Below are positions 38,891 through 50,488 of a stretch of DNA of 64,000 bases, piece after piece. This DNA is from Candidatus Aceula meridiana (lineage in GTDB: Bacteria > Omnitrophota > Gorgyraeia > Zapsychrales > Aceulaceae). The notes beneath the pieces were generated by a model. The model ran no database searches and was not told the origin of the DNA. It was given only the letters and a program-made list of their open reading frames with translations. The stretch is taken from assembly GCA_030765185.1 (NCBI GenBank), contig JAVCDE010000003.1, forward strand, positions 64,038 through 128,037, written 5' to 3'. A program made the translations under genes and the position numbers. Each line of letters starts with the position of its first letter. Within the stretch, counting starts at the first letter, position 1.

Positions 38891-38919
38891 TTGACAAAAA
38901 TAACTTGAGAAAGTATACT
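38891..38919 (+). promoter_or_regulatory. sigma70-type promoter for tRNA-Thr/rpmG/secE transcription unit (TTGACA-17-TATACT)
   Basis: Consensus -35 at 38891-38896, 17-nt spacer, -10 TATACT at 38914-38919. The tRNA starts about 18 nt downstream. Confidence 0.55.
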
Positions 38920-38936
38920 CTGGGTTCATATGTTAT

Positions 38937-39009
38937 GCCCTTGTAGCTCAGTTGGCAGAGCACATCCTTGGTAAGGATGAGGTCACCGGTTCAATTCCGG
39001 TCGAGGGCT
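38937..39009 (+). tRNA. tRNA-Thr (anticodon GGU)
   Basis: Manual cloverleaf. Acceptor GCCCTTG/CGAGGGC, D-stem GCTC/GAGC, anticodon stem CATCC/GGATG with loop TTGGTAA, T-arm ACCGG-TTCAATT-CCGGT. 73 nt, no encoded CCA. Confidence 0.85.
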
Positions 39010-39045
39010 TATTGGGGATGTCCACACTTTTACTTTATATATATT

Positions 39046-39198
39046 ATGAGAGAAAATATTCAGTTTCAATGTACCGAGTGCAAGCGTATTAATTACAATA
39101 GCACCAAAGACAGAAAGAAAAAACCAGAGCGCCTGGAATTCAAAAAATATTGCCGCTTTTGTCGTCGACATACAGCTCATCGCGAAATGAAAAAGTAA
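39046..39198 (+). CDS. rpmG: 50S ribosomal protein L33 (zinc-ribbon type)
   Basis: 50 aa, CTEC...CRFC Cys4. Start placed at MRENIQF (the track ORF extends upstream through the tRNA). Confidence 0.85.
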   Translation: MRENIQFQCTECKRINYNSTKDRKKKPERLEFKKYCRFCRRHTAHREMKK

Positions 39199-39206
39199 TT
39201 TTTGAT

Positions 39207-39280
39207 AGGCCTGTAGCTCCAATGGCTAGAGCATCGGTCTCCAAAACCGAGTGTTGTAGGTTCGAGTCCTACCAGGCCTG
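39207..39280 (+). tRNA. tRNA-Trp (anticodon CCA)
   Basis: Manual cloverleaf. Acceptor AGGCCTG/CAGGCCT, D-stem GCTC/GAGC, anticodon stem TCGGT/ACCGA with loop CTCCAAA, T-arm GTAGG-TTCGAGT-CCTAC. Conserved position before secE. Confidence 0.85.
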
Positions 39281-39308
39281 CGGATAAAAATAAAATAGGG
39301 TTAAAACA

Positions 39309-39494
39309 ATGATCGGAAAAGTTCAAAAGTTTTTTTCAGAAGTTACTGTTGAATTAAAAAAAGTCAATTGGCCAACACGCCCTGAATTAATTGAAGCGAC
39401 TTGGGTTGTTCTTGTTAGCACATTTTTTTTAGGACTTTTTATTGGCGCAACAGATTTTGCCTTTTCTAGATTACTTACACTCTTTATTAAATAA
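39309..39494 (+). CDS. secE: Preprotein translocase subunit SecE
   Basis: 61 aa, single C-terminal TM. Position before nusG. Confidence 0.85.
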   Translation: MIGKVQKFFSEVTVELKKVNWPTRPELIEATWVVLVSTFFLGLFIGATDFAFSRLLTLFIK

Positions 39495-39496
39495 TT

Positions 39497-40021
39497 ATGA
39501 AGTGGTACGTTGTTCATACACAAACAGGTTCTGAGGAGCGCGCAAAAATCGGTCTTGAAAAGAGAATGGCAACGACCGAGTTGAAGCAGTATATTGGGGG
39601 AATTGTTGTTCCTACCGAGCAAGTTTCTGAAGTCAAGCGTGGTAAGAAATGTATTTCCACGCGTAAGTTCTTTCCAGGTTATATCATCATCAATATGGAA
39701 ATGAACAATGAGAGCTGGTATTTGGTAAAAACAACTCCCGGAATTGCTGGATTTATTGGGCCGGGAAGAAAGCCGGCTGCGCTTTCGGAAAAAGAAGTCG
39801 AGAATATTTTAAAAAAGACTGAAGAAACCGAAGCTAAGCCAAGCCCGAAAACGATTTTTGATATTGGTGAGCCTATTCAGATTATTGAAGGACCTTTTTC
39901 AAACTTTAACGGGTCTGTTATGGAAGTTTATCCGGATCGTGGTAAATTAAAGGTTAGCGTTTCAATTTTTGGACGTGCTACCTTGGTAGAACTAGAATAT
40001 TGGCAAGTCGAAAAGGTATAA
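39497..40021 (+). CDS. nusG: Transcription termination/antitermination factor NusG
   Basis: NGN domain (MKWYVVHTQTGSE) and C-terminal KOW (GEPIQIIEGPFSNFNGSVMEV). Confidence 0.95.
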   Translation: MKWYVVHTQTGSEERAKIGLEKRMATTELKQYIGGIVVPTEQVSEVKRGKKCISTRKFFPGYIIINMEMNNESWYLVKTTPGIAGFIGPGRKPAALSEKEVENILKKTEETEAKPSPKTIFDIGEPIQIIEGPFSNFNGSVMEVYPDRGKLKVSVSIFGRATLVELEYWQVEKV

Positions 40022-40024
40022 ATT

Positions 40025-40453
40025 ATGGCAAAAGAAGTCGTCGCACAAATTAAGCTTTATGTTACTGCAGGACAAGCAAATCCTGCTCCGCCGGTTGGAC
40101 CTGCCTTAGGTCAGCATGGCGTCAACATTATGATGTTCTGCAAACAGTTTAACGAAAAAACAAAGGGCAGAGAAGGGCTGATTCTGCCGGCGGTTATTGA
40201 TGTTTATAAAGATAAATCCTTTAGCTTCATTATTAAAACGCCGCCAAGCTCTGTTTTGATCAAAAAAGCAGCAAATTTGGCCAAGGCTTCTGGAATGGCA
40301 GGAAAAGAAACTATCGGAAGCATCACGACTAAGCAAATTGAAGAAATCGCTAAGCAGAAAATGGAAGACTTAAATACAGCGGACATGAAACAAGCTGCCG
40401 AGGTTATCAAAGGAACAGCTCGCAGCATGGGGATTGAGGTGACCAATGGTTAA
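40025..40453 (+). CDS. rplK: 50S ribosomal protein L11
   Basis: [36 protein letters not shown] is the canonical L11 N-terminus. Confidence 0.95.
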   Translation: MAKEVVAQIKLYVTAGQANPAPPVGPALGQHGVNIMMFCKQFNEKTKGREGLILPAVIDVYKDKSFSFIIKTPPSSVLIKKAANLAKASGMAGKETIGSITTKQIEEIAKQKMEDLNTADMKQAAEVIKGTARSMGIEVTNG

Positions 40454-41126
40454 GCTAAGCAAAAGAATGAAAAAAAACGCAGAGAAGATTGAAGATAACA
40501 AAGTCTATCCACTTGAGGAGAGCATTTCTTTTTTGCTGACTTTACCTAAAGTTAAATTTGATGAGACGGTTGAATTGCATTTTCATTTGAATATTGACCC
40601 AAAAAGTTCTGAACAGATGGTGAGAGGAACTGTTGCTCTTCCTCACGGAACAGGTAAAAAAATTCGTATTGCTGTTTTTTGTAAGGGTGAGCAGGCTTCA
40701 AGGGCAAAAGAATTAGGCGCAGAAATTGTCGGCGCTGAAGACCTGATTGAAAAAGTTATGAATGGATTTTTAGACTTTGACCGCATAATCGCCACGCCTG
40801 ATATGATGAAGGATTTAAGCAAAGCTGGTCGTGTTTTAGGTCCTAGAGGTTTAATGCCGTCTCCAAAATCTGGGACTGTTACTAAAGATATTGAAAAAGC
40901 TATTCAAGAGGTTCAAGCCGGACGCGTTGAATTTAAATCAGATAAGCAGGCAGGGATTCATGTCGGAATCGGTAAACGGTCGTTTGATGCCAACCAATTA
41001 CTTGAGAATGCTAAGCAAGTCGTTAGTGCTATTCAACACGTTAAACCTCAGGCAGTTAAAGTAGAATTGTTTAAGAGCGTTTCAATCTCGACAACGATGG
41101 GGCCAGGGTTAAGGGTGAGTTTATGA
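40446..41126 (+). CDS. rplA: 50S ribosomal protein L1
   Basis: 226 aa. L1 motifs ([22 protein letters not shown]). Confidence 0.95.
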   Translation: MVKLSKRMKKNAEKIEDNKVYPLEESISFLLTLPKVKFDETVELHFHLNIDPKSSEQMVRGTVALPHGTGKKIRIAVFCKGEQASRAKELGAEIVGAEDLIEKVMNGFLDFDRIIATPDMMKDLSKAGRVLGPRGLMPSPKSGTVTKDIEKAIQEVQAGRVEFKSDKQAGIHVGIGKRSFDANQLLENAKQVVSAIQHVKPQAVKVELFKSVSISTTMGPGLRVSL

Positions 41127-41653
41127 AAAAAGTCGGACAGATAATTAGAGAAAGCATCACAGAGCGCATTTTTCAAGGTGTGAAAAATAAATCTAATGCT
41201 TTTGTTATTAGCTATTCTAGGGTTGGGTCTTCGCAGATGAGTAATTTTCGAAAGGATTTAAGCCAAGTTGGCGCTGACATGTATGTTTCGAAAAACCGTA
41301 TTGCTAAAAAAGCTTTAAGTGACCTAGAATTAAAAGATTTAGGCGTAAATATTCAGAATCAAACTGCCTTTGTGTGGAGTGATAGCGATTCTGTTGAGAT
41401 TGCGAAAGTTCTTATGAAATACGCTAAAGAATTTGAAGGCATTAGCGTTCAAGGTGGCGTTTTAGAGGGGCGCACCGTTGCCCAAGAAGAAGTTCAAAGA
41501 TTATCTGACTTACCTTCGAGAGAAGTTCTGCTGGCGATGTTACTTCAAACTATTCAATCTCCGTTGACAAGGCTTGCCGGCGCCTTGAATGGGAAGACGC
41601 GAGAGTTAATAAATTTAATCAAGCAATTAAGCGAAAAAGCAGGAGGAAAGTAA
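41123..41653 (+). CDS. rplJ: 50S ribosomal protein L10
   Basis: 176 aa. Position between L1 and L7/L12. L10 fold sequence. Confidence 0.9.
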   Translation: MKKVGQIIRESITERIFQGVKNKSNAFVISYSRVGSSQMSNFRKDLSQVGADMYVSKNRIAKKALSDLELKDLGVNIQNQTAFVWSDSDSVEIAKVLMKYAKEFEGISVQGGVLEGRTVAQEEVQRLSDLPSREVLLAMLLQTIQSPLTRLAGALNGKTRELINLIKQLSEKAGGK

Positions 41654-41654
41654 A

Positions 41655-42110
41655 ATGTCAGAAAACACAGTTGAAGAAAAGGTTGAGCAACCAACCGATG
41701 TTGATAAGGCAAAAGAAACAAAGGCTCTTGATCCTAAATTAGGGGAAGTCATGAAGACCATCGAAGGCCTAACGGCTTTAGAGCTTTCTGATTTAGTCAA
41801 AGCTATGGAAGACAAGTTTGGAATTACAGCTGCTGCTCCAATGATGGCTGCTCCTATGATGGGTGGCGGTGCAGGTACTGCTGCTGCTGCTGAAGAAAAA
41901 ACTTCTTTTGATGTTGTTTTAACAGAATTTGGCGCTACTAAGATTGCTGTCATTAAAGAAGTCAGAGCTGCAACAAATTTAGGTCTTAAAGAAGCCAAAG
42001 ATCTTGTAGAAGCTGCTCCAAAGACAGTAAAAGAAGGTATTCCGAAAGAAGAAGCTGAAGAGCTTAAGAAAAAGCTTGAAGGCGCCGGCGCTAAAGTAGA
42101 GATTAAGTAA
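41655..42110 (+). CDS. rplL: 50S ribosomal protein L7/L12
   Basis: Ala/Gly/Met-rich hinge and C-terminal domain [22 protein letters not shown]...GAKVEIK. Confidence 0.95.
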   Translation: MSENTVEEKVEQPTDVDKAKETKALDPKLGEVMKTIEGLTALELSDLVKAMEDKFGITAAAPMMAAPMMGGGAGTAAAAEEKTSFDVVLTEFGATKIAVIKEVRAATNLGLKEAKDLVEAAPKTVKEGIPKEEAEELKKKLEGAGAKVEIK

Positions 42111-42139
42111 TTTAATCGAAGAACAACACCAAAAATTTT

Positions 42140-45100
42140 ATGAAATCAAAAAAAATTAAGAATTTCGGCAAATATAAGGATGATTTTCAACTTCCTCATT
42201 TGCTTGATATCCAAGTTGTAGCTTATGCTAACTTTTTACAGAGATATGAAGATCCTGACAAGCGGGAAATGCGTGGATTGGAAGAGGTCTTCAGCGAAGC
42301 TTTTCCGTTTGAAAGTTATGATGGGCAAGTTCGCTTAGAGTATATTAGCTACCATCTTGGAAAAGAGAAATATTCCGCCCTCGAATGCCAGAGACGTGGA
42401 ACAACATATTCTGCGCCTTTAAAGGTTAACCTTCGATTGATTTCACCTGTTGAAGTTAAAGAGCAGGAAGTCTATTTCGGAGAATTTCCTTTGATTACGG
42501 ATACGGGAACCTTCATTATTAATGGTGATGAAAGAGTTGTCGTATCACAAATTCAGCGTCCACCGGGAGCCTCCTTTGAGCAAGAGCTTCATCCAACAGG
42601 AAAAAGCATCTATCAAGGAAGAATTATTCCTTCACGCGGAGCTTGGTTTGAAATTAAATATGATTTAAATGATGTTCTTTTAGCGTATATTGACAGACGA
42701 CGTAGCTTCCCTGCAACACAGATTTTACGCATCATGGGTCTTTCCACAGAAGAAGAAATGAAGAGAGTTTTCGGCGATGACTTTGATAAGTTGAAAAATA
42801 CTCTTGAAAAAGATCACACAACGACAAAGGAAGAAGCTCTCCTAGATTTTTATCGCAAAATGAGACCAACAGAGCCTGCAACCATTGAAGTTGCAGATGC
42901 TTTATTCTTTAGATTGTTTTTTGAACCAAAACGTTATGAGCTTAGCAAAGTTGGACGCTTTATTATTAACCGCAAGCTAGGTGTAAATGTTAATCTTGAC
43001 AACCGTATTCTGGACCTTACAACAGTAGCTGAAGTTATTCGCTATTTGTTTAGGCTTCGCGATGGACAGGGGGAGACCGATGATATCGATCACCTTGGGA
43101 ACCGACGCATTAAGACGGTTGGAGAATTAGTCCAGAATCAGGTGCGTATTGGTTTAGCTCGAATCGAACGTTCTATTAAGGAGCGCCTTGTTGTTTTAAA
43201 CACGTTTGATAATTTAACCGCACATCATTTAATCAATTCACGTTTATTTTCAAGCCAAATTCAAGATTTCTTTGGACGAAGCCAATTATCACAATTTTTA
43301 GACCAAGTGAATCCTTTGGCTGAGACCACTCACAAGCGCCGTTTGAGTGCTTTAGGACCTGGTGGTTTATCACGCGAACGCGCAGGCTTTGAAGTTCGTG
43401 ACGTTCATCCTACTCACTATGGACGCGTTTGCCCGATTGAAACTCCAGAAGGTCCGAATATCGGCCTTATTGCATCTTTAACAACATGTGCCCGTGTTAA
43501 CGATTTAGGATTTATTGAAACCCCGTATCGTAAAGTTGTTGATGGGCGCGTAACAAACAAAATTGAATTTTTAACTGCAGATGTTGACCAAAACAAATAT
43601 ATTGCTCAGGCAAATACGCCTATTGATAAAGGTGGTCATTTCCTTGAAAAAGACATTTCTTGTCGACATAGAGTAGATTTTCCTTATGTTCATCCAAGCA
43701 AAGTTGAATATATGGATGTTAGTCCGAAACAGCTTGTTTCCCCTGCGACGTCTTTAATTCCATTTTTAGAGCATGACGATGCTAACCGTGCTTTGATGGG
43801 ATCGAACATGCAACGTCAAGCCGTGCCGTTGCTGTATACAGAAGTTCCTTTAGTTGGAACAGGAATGGAAGGAACAGTTGCACGCGATTGTGGAACAGTT
43901 GTCCTTGCCAAAGAGTCTGGCAAAGTTACAAAAGTTGACGCAAGCTCGATTGCCGTCGGCAAAACAGAGTATCCTTTACGCAATTTTGTTCGATCAAATG
44001 CAAATACATGCGTTAACCAAAGACCTATTGTGAAGCTTGGGGAATATGTTCAAGGTGGTCAAGTTATCGCTGACGGTATGGCCACAAAAGATGGAAAGCT
44101 TTCTTTAGGGCGTAATATTCTTGTTGCTTTTATGTCATGGCGTGGATACAACTTTGAGGATGCTATTATTTTGAGCCAGAGATTAGCCAAAGATGATGTT
44201 TATACTTCTATCCATGTTGAAAAATTCGAAGTGGAAGCTCGTGAAACACGTCTTGGAAATGAAGAAGTCACACGTGATATTCCTAATGTTAGTGAAGAAG
44301 CACTTAAGGATTTAACCGAAGACGGTATTATCCGTATCGGTGCTGAAGTTAAAGCCGGTGATATCTTAGTTGGAAAAGTTACTCCAAAGAGTGAAAAAGA
44401 ACTTTCTCCGGAAGAAAGATTGCTTCGCGCGATTTTTGGCGAAAAAGCTGCAGATATTCGTGATACATCGCTTACGCTTCCTCCTGGAGAAGAAGGCGTT
44501 ATCGTTAATGTTGAAGTTTTTCAGCGCAGTGAGCGCGGAAGAAAATCTAAAGAAGATAAGAAAAAGGAAATTGCTGAAACGGGCAAAATTAAAAAGTATT
44601 ATGCACAGGAAATTGTTTTTCTAAAAGAAGAAAAAGAAAAACGTCTTTGCCGCATATTAAAAGTAAGCGCCACAAAATTAGAAAAAATGACCGATCGCCA
44701 AATCAAAGAGGACCAAGAGGCGAAAGATGTCTTGCGTTTTTATAAAGACCGCCTTCAGGAGTTGTCTGAAGAGCAGGATCATGAAATTGAGAAAATTAAA
44801 CGCGGTGATGAACTTCCTGCAGGCGTTTTAAAGCGCGTGGTTGTTTATGTTGCGACTAAAAGAAAGATTTCTGAGGGGGATAAGATGGCTGGCCGTCACG
44901 GAAACAAAGGTGTCGTTGCTAGAATTCTTCCTCAAGAAGATATGCCTTTCTTGGAAGATGGAACACCCGTAGATATTATTTTAAATCCTTTAGGCGTTCC
45001 TTCTCGCATGAACGTAGGTCAGCTTCTTGAGACGCATTTAGGCTGGGCTGCGCAGGCTTTGGGCCTTATCTGTGAAACACCTGTTTTTAATGGAGCAACG

Positions 45101-45589
45101 GAAGAAGAGATTAGAGACTTATTAGCAGAAGCCGGTTTGCCAAAAGATGGAAAAACAACTGTCTATGATGGCTATACAGGAATTCCTTTTGATCAAAAAG
45201 TAACTGTTGGCTACATCTATATGTTGAAGCTCATTCACCTTGTTGACGAGAAGATTCATGCCCGTTCTATTGGGCCGTATTCTTTGGTTACACAGCAACC
45301 GTTAGGTGGAAAAGCGCATTTTGGTGGACAGCGATTTGGAGAAATGGAAGTTTGGGCTCTAGAAGCTTATGGAGCTGCTTACACTCTTCAAGAAATGCTT
45401 ACTGTAAAAAGTGACGATGTTGCTGGACGAAGCCGTATTTATGAGGCAATTGTTAAGGGTGAACAGAAGCTTACTCCAGGAACACCGGAATCATTTAATG
45501 TTTTGATGAAAGAGTTGCAGGGATTGTGCTTAGATATTCGAATGGAATCTTCAGAAGAAAAGAACCAGGACAAGCAAAAAGGAAAATAA
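42140..45589 (+). CDS. rpoB: DNA-directed RNA polymerase beta subunit
   Basis: 1149 aa. Rif-cluster region ([13 protein letters not shown]...[12 protein letters not shown]), catalytic NADFDGD-partner regions, C-terminal ...[23 protein letters not shown]. Confidence 0.97.
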   Translation: MKSKKIKNFGKYKDDFQLPHLLDIQVVAYANFLQRYEDPDKREMRGLEEVFSEAFPFESYDGQVRLEYISYHLGKEKYSALECQRRGTTYSAPLKVNLRLISPVEVKEQEVYFGEFPLITDTGTFIINGDERVVVSQIQRPPGASFEQELHPTGKSIYQGRIIPSRGAWFEIKYDLNDVLLAYIDRRRSFPATQILRIMGLSTEEEMKRVFGDDFDKLKNTLEKDHTTTKEEALLDFYRKMRPTEPATIEVADALFFRLFFEPKRYELSKVGRFIINRKLGVNVNLDNRILDLTTVAEVIRYLFRLRDGQGETDDIDHLGNRRIKTVGELVQNQVRIGLARIERSIKERLVVLNTFDNLTAHHLINSRLFSSQIQDFFGRSQLSQFLDQVNPLAETTHKRRLSALGPGGLSRERAGFEVRDVHPTHYGRVCPIETPEGPNIGLIASLTTCARVNDLGFIETPYRKVVDGRVTNKIEFLTADVDQNKYIAQANTPIDKGGHFLEKDISCRHRVDFPYVHPSKVEYMDVSPKQLVSPATSLIPFLEHDDANRALMGSNMQRQAVPLLYTEVPLVGTGMEGTVARDCGTVVLAKESGKVTKVDASSIAVGKTEYPLRNFVRSNANTCVNQRPIVKLGEYVQGGQVIADGMATKDGKLSLGRNILVAFMSWRGYNFEDAIILSQRLAKDDVYTSIHVEKFEVEARETRLGNEEVTRDIPNVSEEALKDLTEDGIIRIGAEVKAGDILVGKVTPKSEKELSPEERLLRAIFGEKAADIRDTSLTLPPGEEGVIVNVEVFQRSERGRKSKEDKKKEIAETGKIKKYYAQEIVFLKEEKEKRLCRILKVSATKLEKMTDRQIKEDQEAKDVLRFYKDRLQELSEEQDHEIEKIKRGDELPAGVLKRVVVYVATKRKISEGDKMAGRHGNKGVVARILPQEDMPFLEDGTPVDIILNPLGVPSRMNVGQLLETHLGWAAQALGLICETPVFNGATEEEIRDLLAEAGLPKDGKTTVYDGYTGIPFDQKVTVGYIYMLKLIHLVDEKIHARSIGPYSLVTQQPLGGKAHFGGQRFGEMEVWALEAYGAAYTLQEMLTVKSDDVAGRSRIYEAIVKGEQKLTPGTPESFNVLMKELQGLCLDIRMESSEEKNQDKQKGK

Positions 45590-45595
45590 GGCGTT

Positions 45596-48500
45596 ATGAA
45601 CCAACAAGAAAAAAAATACGATAGTATTAGCATAAGGCTTGCATCTCCGGAAGTAATTCGTTCTTGGTCCTTGGGTGAAGTAAAAAAAGCGGAGACGCTT
45701 AATTACCGCACTTTGAAACCGGAGAAAGACGGACTTTTCTGCGAGAGAATTTTTGGTCCTGTCCGCGACTGGGAATGTAACTGCGGTAAATATAAAGGAA
45801 TTAAGTTTAAGGGGATTGTCTGCGATCGATGCGGCGTTCTCGTGACACGTTCATCGGTGCGTCGTGAACGCATGGCTCATATTGAGCTTGCTTGTCCTGT
45901 TACACATATCTGGTTTTATAAGGCTGTACCATCGCGCTTAGCATCTCTTTTGCAGGTTGGCCTTAAAGATTTAGAAAAAATTATCTATTACGAAGAATAT
46001 ATTGTCACTGACCCTGGGGACACAAATTTAAAATATAAACAATTTTTAAATGAAGATAAATATCAAGAGTGTTTGTCTAAATACGGAGATTCTTTTAAGG
46101 CAAAAATTGGTGCTGAGGCTGTTCGCGAGCTTTTAAAGCAAGTTGATTTAAACAAACTATGCCGTGATCTTCGCAAGGATTTAGCCAAAGCAAATCCGAC
46201 AGGAACAAACGCGAAAAAATTTGCAAAGATTCTTAAAATTGCTCAAGACTTTAAGAAATCTGGAAATCTCATCGAGTGGATGGTTTTAGAAATTTTACCT
46301 GTTACTCCACCGGATCTAAGGCCATTAGTTCCTCTAGAAGGTGGACGTTTTGCGACATCAGATCTTAATGACCTTTACAGGCGTGTTATTAACCGCAATA
46401 ACCGTTTGAGAAAATTAATGAACTTAAGCGCTCCGGAAATTATTATTCGTAACGAAAAGCGCATGCTTCAAGAAGCCGTTGATGCTTTATTGGATAACGG
46501 ACGTCATGGCCGACCTGTTTTGGGATCAAACAATCGTCCTTTAAAATCTTTATCAGACATGCTGAAGGGTAAGCAAGGACGTTTTCGTATGAATCTTTTA
46601 GGAAAGCGCGTTGATTATTCTGGTCGTTCTGTTATTGTTGTTGGTCCAGAGCTAAAATTGCATCAATGCGGATTGCCAAAGCGTATGGCCCTTGAACTTT
46701 TTGAGCCGTTTATTATCCGTAAGCTTCGTGAGAGAGGATTTGTTCATACGATTAAGGGTGCAAAGCGCATGGTTGAGCGAGCAAAGAATGAAGTATGGGA
46801 TATCTTAGATGAAGTTATTCAAGATCATCCTATCATGCTTAACCGCGCACCAACGCTTCACCGATTAAGCATTCAGGCATTTCAGCCAACTCTTGTTGAA
46901 GGAAAAGCGATTCAGCTTCATCCTTTGGTTTGCGCGGCTTTTAACGCAGACTTCGACGGAGACCAGATGGCTGTCCACGTTCCACTTTCTTTGGAAGCAC
47001 AAATGGAATGCCGCTTAGAGGTTCTTTCCATTAACAATATTTTTTCACCTGCTGATGGTCGTCCGGTTATTTCACCGACTCAAGATATTATTTTAGGCCT
47101 TTATTATCTTACAAAAGATGCTGCTAACGATAAGGGGGAAGGACGCCTTTTTGCTAGAAAAGAAGAAGCTGTTATTGCTTATCATGATGATCTTGTCGGG
47201 CTGCATTCTCGCATTAAGTTACGTTTAAATGCTGAAAAAGTTTGGGGCGATGAAGAGCCGTCATTTGTTATTTCGCAGCAGAGAGATTTAGGAGAAATCA
47301 AAGAAGATAACAAAAAGAAAAGCCAGATTGTTGAGACAACCGTTGGAAGAATTCTTTTAAATGAGCTTCTTCCAGTTAATTTTGGTTATGTCAACGAGAC
47401 TTTAAATAAGAAAAAAGTCGGGGCAGTTATTTCGGATTGTTATAAGCATTTTGGACAGCAGCAAACTGTTCTTCTTTTAGATGCCCTTAAGGCATTAGGA
47501 TTTCAGTTTGCCACGGCGGCTGGAATTTCCATTAGCATCGACGACATGACAATTCCAAGCGAAAAAAAGGTTTTGGTTAAAAGTTCAAAACAAGAAGTTG
47601 CTAAGGTTGAAGATCAATATCGAAAGGGTATTATCACTGCTCGCGAGCGATACAACAAAATCATCGACATTTGGACGCATACAACCGAAGCGATCTCTGA
47701 TTTAGTCTTTAAAGGCATGGACCCATTTAACCCTGTTTTTATTATGGCAGATTCAGGCGCACGAGGATCACGTTTGCAGATCCGCCAACTTTCCGGAATG
47801 CGTGGTCTTATGGCCAAGCCGTCGGGTGAGATTATCGAGAATCCGATTATCGCTAGTTTCCGTGAAGGCTTAACTGTTTTGGAATATTTTATTTCGACTC
47901 ACGGCGCGCGTAAAGGTTTGGCAGATACAGCTCTTAAAACAGCCGACGCAGGGTATTTAACAAGACGCCTTGTTGACGTTGCTCAAGAAATTGTTGTTAC
48001 TGAAGAGGACTGCGGCACTGTTAATGGAATTACAGTATCAGCTATTATCGAAGGCGATGAAGTTGTTGCTAGTCTTAAAGAACGTATTATTGGCCGTGTG
48101 GCTTTAGATAACATTGTTGACATTGTTACAGATCAACTTGTTATTGAGGCTGGGCAGCAAATTGTTGAGGAGAAAGCAGAAATTATTGAGCAGCTTGGAA
48201 TCGAAAAGGTACGTATCCGCAGTGTTTTAACTTGCGAGTCTGAAAGAGGTACTTGTATCAAATGTTACGGTCGCAACTTAGCTACTCAGCGTCTTGTTGA
48301 GATAGGGGAAGCTGTTGGATGTATTGCTGCTCAGAGTATTGGTGAGCCGGGTACACAGTTGACAATGCGTACATTCCATATTGGTGGAACAGCTAGTCGT
48401 TCTGTTGAGCAATCTTTCATCCGTTCAAAGAATGATGGAGTTGTTAAATACCACGGCTTAAGAGTTGTTCAAAAAGAAAAAGATTTTGTCGTCTTAAATC

Positions 48501-49702
48501 GAAATGGGTCAATTAGCATTAACGATGAGTTCGGCCGTGAATTTGAGCGTTATCCTTTGCTTCAGGGATCAACAATTAAAGTATCTGATGGAAGCGAAAT
48601 TAAAAAAGGTGTTATTTTTGTTAGTTGGGATCCTTACACAATTCCAATTATTACTGAAGTTCAAGGTGTTGTTAATTTTGAAGACATTAAAGAAGATGTT
48701 ACGATTCAAGAAGAGTTAAATCCTATTACCGGTGTTACCGAGCGCGTTGTTGTTGAACATAAGCAAGATTTCCATCCACAGATTATTGTTACTGATGAGA
48801 AAAAAGAAGTTTTAGGAATTTATTCAATTCCCGTAGGAGCACATATTCTTGTTAAAGATAATGAAAAAGTTGGAGCAGGTGAGCTTTTAGCAAAGATTCC
48901 ACGCGCATCCGGAAAAACACGTGATATCACTGGTGGTCTTCCTCGCGTTGCAGAACTTTTCGAAGCTCGCTTGCCAAAAGATCCTGCAATTATTAGTGAG
49001 ATTGATGGGTTCGTTGAATTTGGTGAGGACCGTAAAGGATTACGTACAATTGTTGTTCGAAGCGAAACGGGTATGAACAAGGAGTATGTTATTCCTCACG
49101 GTAAGCATCCGAATGTTTACAAAGGTGATCGTGTTTTTGCCGGTCAGCAACTTACGGAAGGCCCAGTTGTTCCTCACGATATTTTAAGGGTTTCCGGCGA
49201 CAAAGTTCTTCAAGAATATTTGCTTAATGAAATTCAGGAAGTTTATCGTTTGCAGGGTGTTCGCATTAGCGATAAGCACATTGAGCTTATTATTGGGCAA
49301 ATGCTCAAAAAGGTCAAAATTGAAGATTCGGGAGATACCGAATTTTTATTAGGTCAACAGATTGATAAGGTGATTTTTAAGAAAGCTAACGAGGCGGCTT
49401 TGAAGAAAAAAGGCAAGCCTGCTTCTGCAACACCGCTTCTTTTGGGAATTACCAAAGTGTCTTTATCCACAGAGAGTTTCATCTCAGCTGCAAGCTTTCA
49501 GGAAACAACAAGAGTCTTGACAGACGCAGCGACTTCTGGTAAGGTGGACTATTTACGCGGACTAAAAGAGAACGTTATCGTGGGTCATTTAATCCCTGCT
49601 GGGACAGGTTTTAAAGCCTACAAAAACATAGAGATGGTGAAATATGCCGACAATTCAACAATTAATCAGGAAAAGCAGGAAACTGAAGAGCAAGAAGGGT
49701 AA
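45596..49702 (+). CDS. rpoC: DNA-directed RNA polymerase beta' subunit
   Basis: 1368 aa. Zn-finger [21 protein letters not shown], catalytic NADFDGDQM, bridge-helix and trigger-loop regions. Confidence 0.97.
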   Translation: MNQQEKKYDSISIRLASPEVIRSWSLGEVKKAETLNYRTLKPEKDGLFCERIFGPVRDWECNCGKYKGIKFKGIVCDRCGVLVTRSSVRRERMAHIELACPVTHIWFYKAVPSRLASLLQVGLKDLEKIIYYEEYIVTDPGDTNLKYKQFLNEDKYQECLSKYGDSFKAKIGAEAVRELLKQVDLNKLCRDLRKDLAKANPTGTNAKKFAKILKIAQDFKKSGNLIEWMVLEILPVTPPDLRPLVPLEGGRFATSDLNDLYRRVINRNNRLRKLMNLSAPEIIIRNEKRMLQEAVDALLDNGRHGRPVLGSNNRPLKSLSDMLKGKQGRFRMNLLGKRVDYSGRSVIVVGPELKLHQCGLPKRMALELFEPFIIRKLRERGFVHTIKGAKRMVERAKNEVWDILDEVIQDHPIMLNRAPTLHRLSIQAFQPTLVEGKAIQLHPLVCAAFNADFDGDQMAVHVPLSLEAQMECRLEVLSINNIFSPADGRPVISPTQDIILGLYYLTKDAANDKGEGRLFARKEEAVIAYHDDLVGLHSRIKLRLNAEKVWGDEEPSFVISQQRDLGEIKEDNKKKSQIVETTVGRILLNELLPVNFGYVNETLNKKKVGAVISDCYKHFGQQQTVLLLDALKALGFQFATAAGISISIDDMTIPSEKKVLVKSSKQEVAKVEDQYRKGIITARERYNKIIDIWTHTTEAISDLVFKGMDPFNPVFIMADSGARGSRLQIRQLSGMRGLMAKPSGEIIENPIIASFREGLTVLEYFISTHGARKGLADTALKTADAGYLTRRLVDVAQEIVVTEEDCGTVNGITVSAIIEGDEVVASLKERIIGRVALDNIVDIVTDQLVIEAGQQIVEEKAEIIEQLGIEKVRIRSVLTCESERGTCIKCYGRNLATQRLVEIGEAVGCIAAQSIGEPGTQLTMRTFHIGGTASRSVEQSFIRSKNDGVVKYHGLRVVQKEKDFVVLNRNGSISINDEFGREFERYPLLQGSTIKVSDGSEIKKGVIFVSWDPYTIPIITEVQGVVNFEDIKEDVTIQEELNPITGVTERVVVEHKQDFHPQIIVTDEKKEVLGIYSIPVGAHILVKDNEKVGAGELLAKIPRASGKTRDITGGLPRVAELFEARLPKDPAIISEIDGFVEFGEDRKGLRTIVVRSETGMNKEYVIPHGKHPNVYKGDRVFAGQQLTEGPVVPHDILRVSGDKVLQEYLLNEIQEVYRLQGVRISDKHIELIIGQMLKKVKIEDSGDTEFLLGQQIDKVIFKKANEAALKKKGKPASATPLLLGITKVSLSTESFISAASFQETTRVLTDAATSGKVDYLRGLKENVIVGHLIPAGTGFKAYKNIEMVKYADNSTINQEKQETEEQEG

Positions 49703-50015
49703 ATCCCCTGCTCTGATGAACTGCCCGCAAAGAAGAGGCGTCTGTCTTCAGGTGAAGACGATGACTCCTAAAAAGCCGAATTCGGCTTTACGGAAAATCG
49801 CAAGAGTCCGTCTTTCGAACAAGATGGAAGTTACTTCGTATATACCCGGTGAAGGACATAACCTTCAAGAGCACTCTATTGTTTTGGTTCGAGGAGGCCG
49901 TGTTAAGGATTTACCTGGTGTGCGTTATCATATTGTCCGTGGAACATTAGACACCACAGGGGTTAAAGGGAGAAAGCAGTCTCGTTCAAAATACGGGGCT
50001 AAAAGAGAAAAATAA
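49644..50015 (+). CDS. rpsL: 30S ribosomal protein S12
   Basis: [13 protein letters not shown]...[10 protein letters not shown]...[15 protein letters not shown] is canonical S12. The ATG lies 59 nt inside the rpoC 3' end, in another frame. Confidence 0.95.
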   Translation: MPTIQQLIRKSRKLKSKKGKSPALMNCPQRRGVCLQVKTMTPKKPNSALRKIARVRLSNKMEVTSYIPGEGHNLQEHSIVLVRGGRVKDLPGVRYHIVRGTLDTTGVKGRKQSRSKYGAKREK

Positions 50016-50485
50016 TGAGAAGACATAGAGCAGAAAAAAGATCAGCCCAAATTGATCCAAAGTATAAAAGCCAACTAGTTGCTGGCTTTATTGGAATGAT
50101 GATGCTCGAAGGTAAAAAGACTTTAGCAGAACGCATTGTTTACAGGGCTTTAGATATTTTAAAGAAAAAAACAAACGAAGAAGATGTTTTAAAGGCATTT
50201 GGAAAATCAGTTGAGAATGTCCGTCCAAAACTTCAAGTAAAGTCAAGGCGTGTTGGCGGGTCAACCTACCAAATTCCGATGGAGGTATCGCCTTTAAAAG
50301 GCAATTCTATCGCACTTCGTTGGATGAGAGATCTTGCGAGAAAGAAAAAGGGCAAGCCCATGGAAATTAAATTAGCTGAGGAACTTTTTGCAGCGTTTAA
50401 AGGGGAAGGCCCGGCGGTAAAAAAACGAGACGAAACTCATAAAATGGCTGAGGCAAATAAAGCATTTGCTCATTTGAAATGGTAA
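50015..50485 (+). CDS. rpsG: 30S ribosomal protein S7
   Basis: 156-aa S7 sequence. TAATG junction with rpsL. Confidence 0.95.
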   Translation: MRRHRAEKRSAQIDPKYKSQLVAGFIGMMMLEGKKTLAERIVYRALDILKKKTNEEDVLKAFGKSVENVRPKLQVKSRRVGGSTYQIPMEVSPLKGNSIALRWMRDLARKKKGKPMEIKLAEELFAAFKGEGPAVKKRDETHKMAEANKAFAHLKW

Positions 50486-50488
50486 ATC

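Noticed and set aside
44370-44624. 84-aa + strand ORF in an alternative frame inside rpoB
   Set aside because: It arises from the AAA/GAA-rich coding of the charged insertion. Its K/R-rich translation is not a plausible protein.
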